47,642 bases of DNA from Rotaria socialis (lineage: Eukaryota). The first letter of the stretch is position 1. The number at the start of each line of letters is the position of its first letter. The stretch lies in contig CAJNYD010000184.1 in NCBI GenBank assembly GCA_905331295.1, positions 1 to 47,642 of the forward strand, read 5' to 3'. The position numbers were made by a program, and so were the translations under genes. This document shows, one piece after another, positions 36,054 to 45,497 of this stretch. A model generated the notes under the pieces. It was given only the letters and a program-made list of their open reading frames with translations. It was not told the DNA's origin and did not search any database.

Positions 36054-36469
36054 GTTTCAGTACATATTCACGATCATGTGACATACTACTCAAAAGTTGA
36101 AGTATAATAATAATAATAATTTACCAAAGGCTTTTGAACAACTATATTTAGACATAAATGAATGTAGATATTAAGATAATGTTTGATAGTAGAGCTACTA
36201 TTTTAAGACACTATGTAAAGATAGAAACAAAACATAATGCCTCGATTATTAGAATTATTTATGACATTTCTCTTATGATTCTCTTTGTAAACATCATCAT
36301 CAAAATAATGGAATGACTCATTTTTTTTAGTAACAATTTATTGCACTTGACAAAGTTCCCGCATTAATAGGCGATATTTCTTCCGATCTTATTCATGTCG
36401 TTGGTCAACATGTAATATTTGTGATGTTTTTCTATTTATGAAAAGAAATCAAAACAATTCTTCATTTCG

Positions 36470-37011
36470 AGCCAAGTACAACAAAGATAAGAGTCTTTCC
36501 AATGTGCCAATATGGTTAACGTAATGAGTTGTTTCACCTTGGCACAATTCTATTGTGTTTCTTCTCTCGAGAAGTTTTTCGTAACAATTCTCAAGTCATT
36601 ATAAGTTATTGTTTAATTCAGTTAGACACGCTACATATGCTGTTGCTTGATTTAGAATACAAAATTGATGGTTGAATAGAACAACATCTCGTATCAGCAG
36701 ATAAGTAACTTTATATTGGCAATAGTATGTGGAAATATGTTTTCAATATCTATCAGACGATCAAAATCACACGGCAATGAGAAGACAGAACATATAGCTC
36801 GACAATCACTGATATAATTTATGATACTAGCAACTGTTTGGTGTTCAATATTTGTTATAGTTCGATGAATATTTTGGCTAGAAACACAACGAAGTAAATT
36901 AATGCAGTTGTGGCATATAAAAGAAATAATTTTCTTTTCAAGATGAGTACTATCAATGAGAGAGTGTAGCTTAATTTTCTCTACGAAGATACCATTTTTA
37001 ATCATCTTCAT
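36470..37011 (-). pseudogene. Decayed C-terminal part of a bdelloid-type F-box/LRR-like gene
   Basis: CSVFSLPCDFDRLIDIENIFP, then after frameshifts IRDVVLFNHQF...TYNDLRIVTKNFSREETQ*NCAKVKQLI. This resembles from memory the VT.NF.R..TR.NC..VK.L tail of the expanded bdelloid F-box family. In-frame stop present. Confidence 0.55.
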
Positions 37012-37576
37012 TCATTTAAACATAAAATTTAAATGAGCAGTATTTCAAATTAGGTAAATCATACTATTGAATAGAAAGAAATATTTTAGTTGATATAAAC
37101 AAATGAATTATGTCCGCATTTGACTATTGAATAACTTATTACAGACGGCTGGTTACATGAAGTACAACAGTCGACATAGCTTTTCGGTCGTTTAGTTGCT
37201 GTGACTAATTTTTCTTTCCAAACTGAATGCATAAGGAACAAGCTAAGTCAATTATTTTGCTCAGCATCTCAGTCTCATGTTGAACTGCAAAAAAGCTTGA
37301 AAAGATTCCAAAAATGTACCGAATGAAGGGCGGGCTTGAGTGTAGGAAAAGATGCGCATGACAAGACCACTCACACTCTCAAAATGAAGTACCCAATGAA
37401 GAGGCATTGCGATAAATAAAACCTTTTATTTATCTCTGTCCGGGTGAAAGACACACGGTCTTAAACAGCCGTTTCAGCTAATACTTTCGCCGTTTGGTAT
37501 ACACCGTTTTACGATCGTAACCGCCAAGAAACGGTAGTACATGTTAGCGTTTTTAGAACTATTCGTTCTACGGAAA

Positions 37577-37619
37577 AAAATCTTGAAAATGAAGATATAC
37601 TCTTCGAAACGTCGATATT
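37577..37619 (+). ncRNA. Minimal type I hammerhead ribozyme-like motif (U3-A8 core variant)
   Basis: AAAATC-TTGAAAA-T-GAAGA-TATAC-TCTTC-GAAA-CG-TC-GATATT. Stem II is 5 bp perfect, stem III is the palindromic ACGT, the cleavage triplet is GTC, and stem I pairs 5/6. Confidence 0.55.
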
Positions 37620-39100
37620 AATAACACGGAATACCAACGCCTATACAATCTATACATCTCTCTGTCTCTCTCTATATATATATACAAAATAATAATAATA
37701 ATAATAAATCCCAATAATCAAACATAGATTGATACAGCTATTCTAACCCTTAACTTGAGACCAAATCACATAAAAATCATGCTTTATGCTGCGGTAAAAA
37801 CACTAAGATTTGTAAATATTAGTTCACGTGTAACTGGATTAATACTGAAAATCCATGGTGTGCAACTCTTGCTTTATGCAACTCAAGTACACAAAGTGAT
37901 ACATGCATGATATGGCTTATAATCTACGGTCAATTGAAAGTCTCACATCAATTTCATGCAAGATCAATAAAAGATTTTTGCAATAATCATTCATACACGT
38001 TGGCGATGTCAGCGGCCGATTCGAGTAATCCCATCACTGACTGATTCACCCATAGGAATAGGTGTGCATGACAAGAACACTCACCATGCTTTAATAGCGT
38101 TGTCTACTCAAGTGGCAATCTAGTTTAAAATTCTTTCATGTTTTCATCAAAATATTAGATATTTGTCTGTTGACAACAACTATTTAGATTGCCTTTTGAA
38201 ATTTAAGAAAAAAACTTCGTTCATCCGCCTTTTTTTGAATAAAGCAAAAGTGTATAAACTGTTGATTTCGGTTGAAAGACATTAAATAAACATCCTGATT
38301 AGGATCTAACTAGTCTTGATAATTCTGTTAAAAATAATTCAGATGGCGAAGTCAAAACAACGTATGAAAAATCTTGTGGTTTTGCCGACTGTTTATGAAA
38401 AATTCTTTATTTTTGAAAAATCTAAATTCTATAAGAATTCTTATTTTTTCTAGGCCTTTAATCTGAGGCCAAGTTGAAAACAATAAAGTACAAAAAAAGA
38501 TTTTTCCAATTAAAAATCTTTGAATAAATTGATGGCTGGTATTATTAGGAATTAATCAAGGATTATCAAAATTTTTAACTACATACACACTTGATGTGGC
38601 TTTTGTTCAAAATCAAATTGAATTATTTAACGAATACGTTTGATAGTATCGCCTCTCGATTTTATCGACTATTGACAGAAATGGTAAACATCTCAATGTC
38701 ATTCCATACACGAGATGATCATATCGTTATGATGAATTTATGAACAAGAAAACGAAGAACAATGCATTCATCCTGGTTGCTTTTGACTGTTTCATTTCAT
38801 ATATAGGATGAGAACAAAAATTCGTCCATACTTAAGTATAGTTCTTTTGTCCTATTAGATTACGAGTTTGATTATTAAGCTCTTCATAGTTTTCAATAAT
38901 AAGAGAGCCTGTCTCACTCGATAATATTCATTGGCCATGATCACAACTAGTTTTAAGCGCGCCAAAACTAATCTACGTCAACAATTATGCTTGGTTTCGA
39001 TTGCATGACGTATTTAAAAAGGCATACAACAATCCATCAAAAAATGTGGAGAAGCAGACGGAGCACCATAAAGTAAGACTGAAGTACACACTACTGAAAG

Positions 39101-39648
39101 TAGGGGCGTCAATTTACAGTTTATTTAATTTAAATTTAACTTCGTGAAAAGTTAATTTAATTTTAAGTTAAATTCTATCAAGTTAAATTTAAAATAAATT
39201 TAAATTTAATTTTTGAAAATTTATTTCTCGATTTAATAAATTATTTTAAATTTAAATTTTAAATTTAACAAATTGTTTGGATGGATACACATCATTGCTA
39301 CGAGAGAAATACGTGACTTTAACAGCAGTAAATATTAAATGAGAGGAAAACCTAGTATTTTAGGTTAATATTTATTCATAATAGTCAAAATTTCTCTTCA
39401 GATTATGCAGGATCCGTCATCTTTCTTCTTCAGAATACTGGGATACTCATAAAAATATATTTAATAGCACAATCCATAGAAGAATGGCTAGCTTTAACTT
39501 TAGAAGACAGGAAACATGCTCAAATTTGACTTTAAATAGTAGCAATCAAGTCAAAAACTATTTTTATCTGCTAGTTTTCAAAATTAAACTAATTTGAATT
39601 TCAAACAATTTAATTTAAATTTAGTTAAATTTAAATGTGACGCCCCTA
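39101..39648. mobile_element. hAT-type MITE (548 bp)
   Basis: TIRs TAGGGGCGTCA / TGACGCCCCTA. 8-bp TSD ACTGAAAG / GCTGAAAG (7/8). Subterminal AAATTT arrays at both ends. Confidence 0.88.
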
Positions 39649-40348
39649 GCTGAAAGCTCGCTTTGCCTAACTTCATCCAAAGTAGAATTAGAAAATAATG
39701 ACGCATTCTTCTAAAATTAAATCACATTCTATTTCTTGAGGGTGTGCACATTGAAGTGTATATAATTGACCGTAATCATCTTTTTGTTAGTTTAATTTTG
39801 TAAGGCTATTAAAATATACTAATACGATGGATTTCTGATTTTATTTTATCTTTAATCACACACTTATGGAATTAATAACCGTTAAAAAGATCATATATCA
39901 ATGTTAACAGTATGAAAAATATCTATTTGAATAATTATCAAATGAGACATTTATTTTTCTCTCATGTTACTAAATTATTTATTTCAACATTGATTAAATG
40001 TGTAATTGTGATTATTGTATTTCGATGGTTCAAGAATCCGCTCCACTATTGAGAGAAAACTCTGAAATACTGTAGACCCTGACCTCAGTCCGATTCTAAA
40101 ATGTCATATCAAGATAACAAAATCAGCACGATAGCCATTTGTGACTATTGTTAAACTAGCATTGAAAATTCTCTACAACTTCATTGCATTTCTTGAAACC
40201 ACAAAGATATCACAATGCAATTAGATAATTTTTGTGAGTTGATCTCCAATATATTATTATTTTTTCTTGCAAGCTTGTAAAAGTTAAAATATTTGACCTG
40301 CGGATATTTTTATTCTTCTAGTGTTATTTTTTCAGGATTACGATAAAA

Positions 40349-40584
40349 ATGAATCACAGATTATATGATATGTGGAACAATTCTTGGTTTCTAACCCTCA
40401 TATTTCTGTATGTACATATTTCCATGGTGAGTATTCATTTTGAATGAATTTCTCAAAAACAAATATACCATTTTAGGATACGCAAGGACATTTTCACGTA
40501 AAAAATACTTCTCAGTTAAGTTTTGAATATTGTTTTGATGAGAACCTGAAATATCAGAGTGGCACTCTGCTATGGCATAAATGA
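40349..40584 (+). CDS. Candidate 2-exon 61-aa small ORF with a hydrophobic N-terminal segment
   Basis: Canonical 50-nt intron GTGAGT...TTTTAG (40427-40476) joins MNHRLYDMWNNSWFLTLIFLYVHISM to DTQGHFHVKNTSQLSFEYCFDENLKYQSGTLLWHK. No recognisable homology. Confidence 0.25.
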
Positions 40585-41881
40585 TATGCCATAAGACATG
40601 TTGTGTTTTGGTTTTATATTTTCTTTCGTTTTGTTAGATGTTCTGTAGTTTATTCTTTGTTTTGGTCGAACAACTCTTGTTCGTTTTCTTTCTTCTCTCT
40701 ATTTCTTTTTCTCATCTGAAAAAGCTAAAAAGGATGTGAATAGATTATGCCATATAATCTATTTTTGCCTGTTCATATTGCTCAGTTGAGTTAGGTACAA
40801 CGGGAGGAATAAATGAATTGGAAAAAGAGAGTGTGCGGTTTTGATTGGAGATTGAAAATAAAACGAGAAGTGAGTGAAATTGTACCAACACATATCAACG
40901 CTCTAAAAAAGGCATAGCATACTCAAATATTTTCTTGCTTAATTAAACCAAGCTTCACCGGATTTCAACGTTGTTTCTTAAACTCCAATCGGAACAATGT
41001 TAAGCGCTCAACAGGAATAGTTATAAACATTGGAGCATTCGTAAGAAATTGACATCGATATCTTTGTCGTAAACACATAGATTAATAAAAAAAAAATAAT
41101 TGGCATATTCCGTAAAATAAAAAGATTCTTACAGAATGAAATCATTTGAAACATTTCACTGTAATAAAAGCGTCTTATGACTAACAAATATTGTTCTTAT
41201 ATTGTATATATTTAAAGCAATTTTACATACAAAAGAAAATCAGTGCTAAATAGTTGTCAGCAATGATATAATTCAAAATTTTATTTTTGTATATAATCTA
41301 TTCATCATTCACAGACTCTAATATGTTCAAATCTTGACATCGAATTATATTTATATAATAATCTTCATAGTTCAATTCTTGCCGATGAATTTTTTGTTTT
41401 TCAAAATTTCTCTCATTCGATTGATTCGATCCTTCTCAAATAGTATTAGATCAAGCATAACGTTGTAACTTTTCGTGCTTTTTTTACTTTATCCCTGAAT
41501 ATTTTGTAGCAACGAATAATAGTATTTGTGGTTATTCGTAGCGAGTCACAATCATAAAGAAATAATAAATATTATTAATGATATGTCTGTTTATCTTAAT
41601 ACTTCTATTCATCTTAATACTTCTTTACATCTTAATTATAGTTAATTTTACGTCGATGTAAATCTATAAATTTTATAACCAAGTAATAAATCAGTAAATG
41701 ACTTTATAATGAATACAGATGCTTCAGAATATTCTGTTGATAGACATTGAAAACTATAATCATTATTTGACTGTATCTTTACCATGCAAAACATAAACGA
41801 TACGCCTCACTTCATATGAATGCAAATGTAAGTAGTTATTCAAAGAGAAATATTACATATACAAATATTAGAAGGTAAGAA

Positions 41882-41902
41882 GGAGAGAGAGAGAGAGAGA
41901 GA
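41882..41902. repeat. (GA)n microsatellite upstream of the ROK-PMI gene
   Basis: GGAGAGAGAGAGAGAGAGAGA within a purine-rich tract. Confidence 0.85.
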
Positions 41903-42164
41903 AAAGAGCGAAAGGAAAAAGGTAAGAAAAGGAAAGGCATTAATAAGAAGGAAATCGATCAGTTAAATTTACTGGCATATTATATCAATGATTTCTACTG
42001 TATGGATAGAAAATAATGCATAGAACAAATCAAATTTTATTAGTGTTAACAGCAGTCAATAAAAACTAGAAATACTTTTCATGTTCTGTATTTTTATTTG
42101 AATTTGAATTCTACACTTATACGAATATATTAATCGTTTCTTTTTCTTATACATTTTACAAGTC

Positions 42165-45100
42165 ATGTCATCATTAGTTATTGGTCTAGATATCAATGAT
42201 AGTCAAATAACATCAGCGCTTGTACGTATCGAACCATTAACATGTAAACGATTATCTATTGAACGAGATACATATTTTACGCGTTCGTTTGACATAAATC
42301 CCGACAGTAATCCAAGGAATATTATTTCAGTTTGGATTCAATGTATTAATGATGCAATTCTTGATTTTGTTGATCATTATAAAGAATTTGATAATATTGT
42401 TGGTATTTCTATTGGTATGTCTGGTCCTATGGATTATGAATCAGGTATATGTTATATTCAATCACCTAAATTTAATAAATTTTTTGGTCTTAATATCCGT
42501 TTATCACTTCAAAATGGTCTTAAAAATCTTGTTGCTCATTGGAAACATGATTATTATGATAGATATCATACAGAATCGACGGCAGCATCGCCAAGAAAAC
42601 AAACCATTCTTGATGGATTACGATTGCAACCACCAAAGTCAACGACAATTACATCGCCAGGAACGCCTCGTACTCCAATTCTTGTTAATTTAGCACCGCT
42701 CTCACTCGGCAAAGCTCTACAATACAAAAGTCTAAGAACAAATTTCCTAGATTATTGTGGTCGACAAGATGATGATTATGATTTGAGCGATGAAAATAAA
42801 GGATGTTCATCAATATGTCGATCACGTCGTGACACATATTTTCATGATATAGAAATGACTTCATCGGCACAATTTCCGGCAGCAAATTATTTTAATCCAA
42901 GATTATGGACAATTCTTGAACAAATAGTTCATCTACCGATTTCATTTTATAATTCTACAGTATGTTTTGGTTTAGGTGAAGCCAATGATGTTTGCAATCA
43001 ACATTATGAACGCATTATTGCTTTAACACTGAGTAGTAGTTTTAGTTCGGCATTTATTGATCGAGGAGAAATTATTATAAATCGAAAAGATGTTCCACTC
43101 GATGGTACACTATCAAAATGTCCTTACGATCAACATTCTATAGCCGATGATTGGTTTTCTACTCGTGGTTTACTTAGGATTTATAAAAAGATTCTTACGC
43201 ATGAATCTTCTGATGATAGTTCCGATACAAGTAGTACGACATTATCAATAGATGAACGACAACAAAATGAAAACGATTCATTAGATATTGAGCATGTTCT
43301 TGCTCACCAAGCATCGAATGGTGATCCAATAGCCGTAAAAACTTTTGAAATATTTGCTCATCTATTGGGGCAATTTCTTATACCCTATATTAATGCATTT
43401 CATACGCAACTTATTGTTATTGGTGGTAATCTTGCTGAAGTTTGGTATTTACTTGAAAATCAACTTAATTGTACTATTAAAAAGTATTCTCAAGCTCAAA
43501 CATATTTTAGTCTTTCACAAGGCAAATCTATATGTTTTGGTGCTGTTCAACAGCTGTCTTCAGAAAACTCTAAAAGTTCATTTCGAAAAACTCATCAATA
43601 TTTATTGCCTGTTACAAAAAACATCGACACATCACAATACGATATATATCCAACACATCAAATTCCTAGTGGTGATATTGGTAGTGGATATCAACAATTA
43701 AATGAGAAATTATGCAATTTAATAGAAAAAAATGATATATTATTAATTGATGGTTTTGTTGGAACATATTTTAATGAATATGCACATCAATTAAATAAAT
43801 ATTATTCTCAAAACAAATTATCATCATTACTTTTCTATGATAGTCGAACATTTTTACAAACAGATTCTAATCTTGATCGTGAATTCCATCTAAAACATCC
43901 AAAATCTTTATTCGGTAAACTTGCATCTGGTTTAGATTTTAAAAAAGATTTTATTGATTCGAAAAAATTTGAATTTTTCAAAAATAATCTCTCGTATCCA
44001 TGCGTTATTATTGGACCTGGTTCTTCATATGTGAATGAAACATCACCATTAGTTTATATTGATTTAGCTAAAAATGAACTTTATTATCGTATTGCAACAG
44101 AAACAGCATGTTCCTATTTGAAACCAACACGAAGACTAAAATCCGATGACAGTGAGTTAACGTCGGCAGTGTTTGAACAGAAGTGTCTCTATTTTCTTGA
44201 TTATCCTGTTTTTAATAAACTTAAACAAGAACTTCTACCTCGTATTAACTATTTTATTGATGGTCAACGACCCAATTGTCCTACATGGATCGATGGTTCT
44301 ACATTTCGTCAAGCACTTGCTCATATAGCTAATCAACCGATTCGTGTACGACCTTGGTTTGAACCAGGTCCTTGGGGTGGTCAATGGCTTAAAACAGTTT
44401 GTAAAAATATTTCACAACATGCAAAAAATTATGCATGGTCATTTGAAATGATAACATCAGAAAATGGTTTACTCTTATCCGATGTAAATAATCATCTTCT
44501 TGAGCTTTCATGGGATTTGTTTTATGGTTCACAAGTTAGTAAAATATTAGGAAACGATATTCATCGTCAATTGTTTAGCAATGCAAATGATTTTCCAATA
44601 CGATTTGATTTTCTTGATACTATCGACGGCGGAAATCTATCTATACAATGTAATCCTAGTCTTGCATATATACGTACACATTTTGGTGAAAAAATTACAC
44701 AAGATGAAGCATATTATATTGTCGAAACTAAACAACACTGGCAACAAGCAAGTGCCAATGATGCAACATCTTCATCGTATATTTATCTTGGTTTTCATGA
44801 AAATATTGATCATGAAGAATTTCATCAAGCATTAGTACATAGTGATAGAAGAAAACAGGAAATAAATATTGAAAACTATGTTCAACGTATTCCAACAAAT
44901 GTTCATGATTTTTTTCTTATACCAAATCAAACAATTCATGCAGCTGGTCGTAATCAAGTTGTACTTGAAATTTCAGCTAGACCACATATTTATACATTTA
45001 AATTATACGATTGGTTACGTTTAGGTCTTGATGGTCATCCACGTCTTTTAAATATCGAACATGGTATGGAAAATCTAAAATTTGATCGACACGGTGAACA

Positions 45101-45497
45101 ACTTCGTTGCCAACCAGTATCGCTTAAAATTGAGCAAGATCAATATGAAGAACAACATTTGCCAACGCATGATTTACATTTTTATGATGTACAACGTCTT
45201 ATTATTGAGCCAAATGAAAATATTCAAATAATTAGATCAACTGAAAATCGTTTTCATCTATGTATGTTAGTTGAAGGTGATGCTATTGAAATACAATTTG
45301 ATTCGCATGACAACAATCAAGAAAAACAAACACGACAATATAATTATATTGAGACATTTTTAATTCCAGCATCGATTAATGAATATTGTCTAAGACCAAT
45401 CATTAATAATAATAATCATAATAAGGACACGAGACCACAGAAATTTACTTTACTTATAGCATTTCTTAAGTGGGATTGTGAAAAAATACTTGAATAA
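42165..45497 (+). CDS. Intronless 1110-aa fusion of a ROK-family sugar-kinase-like domain and a long class I mannose-6-phosphate-isomerase-like (cupin) domain; bacterial-type, likely HGT
   Basis: ROK part: VIGLDI, GISIGMSGPMDYESGI, CFGLGEA, SIADDWFSTRGL, LIVIGGNL. PMI part from about 43584: RKTHQYLLP, YDIYP, LLIDGFVG, VRPWFEPGPWGGQWLK, NYAWSFEMI, FPIRFDFLDTIDGGNLSIQC, TQDEAYY, FLIPNQTIHAAG, VLEIS, TFKLYDWLRLGLDG. Confidence 0.88.
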   Translation: MSSLVIGLDINDSQITSALVRIEPLTCKRLSIERDTYFTRSFDINPDSNPRNIISVWIQCINDAILDFVDHYKEFDNIVGISIGMSGPMDYESGICYIQSPKFNKFFGLNIRLSLQNGLKNLVAHWKHDYYDRYHTESTAASPRKQTILDGLRLQPPKSTTITSPGTPRTPILVNLAPLSLGKALQYKSLRTNFLDYCGRQDDDYDLSDENKGCSSICRSRRDTYFHDIEMTSSAQFPAANYFNPRLWTILEQIVHLPISFYNSTVCFGLGEANDVCNQHYERIIALTLSSSFSSAFIDRGEIIINRKDVPLDGTLSKCPYDQHSIADDWFSTRGLLRIYKKILTHESSDDSSDTSSTTLSIDERQQNENDSLDIEHVLAHQASNGDPIAVKTFEIFAHLLGQFLIPYINAFHTQLIVIGGNLAEVWYLLENQLNCTIKKYSQAQTYFSLSQGKSICFGAVQQLSSENSKSSFRKTHQYLLPVTKNIDTSQYDIYPTHQIPSGDIGSGYQQLNEKLCNLIEKNDILLIDGFVGTYFNEYAHQLNKYYSQNKLSSLLFYDSRTFLQTDSNLDREFHLKHPKSLFGKLASGLDFKKDFIDSKKFEFFKNNLSYPCVIIGPGSSYVNETSPLVYIDLAKNELYYRIATETACSYLKPTRRLKSDDSELTSAVFEQKCLYFLDYPVFNKLKQELLPRINYFIDGQRPNCPTWIDGSTFRQALAHIANQPIRVRPWFEPGPWGGQWLKTVCKNISQHAKNYAWSFEMITSENGLLLSDVNNHLLELSWDLFYGSQVSKILGNDIHRQLFSNANDFPIRFDFLDTIDGGNLSIQCNPSLAYIRTHFGEKITQDEAYYIVETKQHWQQASANDATSSSYIYLGFHENIDHEEFHQALVHSDRRKQEINIENYVQRIPTNVHDFFLIPNQTIHAAGRNQVVLEISARPHIYTFKLYDWLRLGLDGHPRLLNIEHGMENLKFDRHGEQLRCQPVSLKIEQDQYEEQHLPTHDLHFYDVQRLIIEPNENIQIIRSTENRFHLCMLVEGDAIEIQFDSHDNNQEKQTRQYNYIETFLIPASINEYCLRPIINNNNHNKDTRPQKFTLLIAFLKWDCEKILE

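Noticed and set aside
42349..44835. Alternative-frame and antisense ORFs overlapping the ROK-PMI gene (and similar ones over catalase, bHLH-PAS and scrib)
   Set aside because: Shadow frames of real coding sequence with Leu/Ile-rich composition and no motifs.
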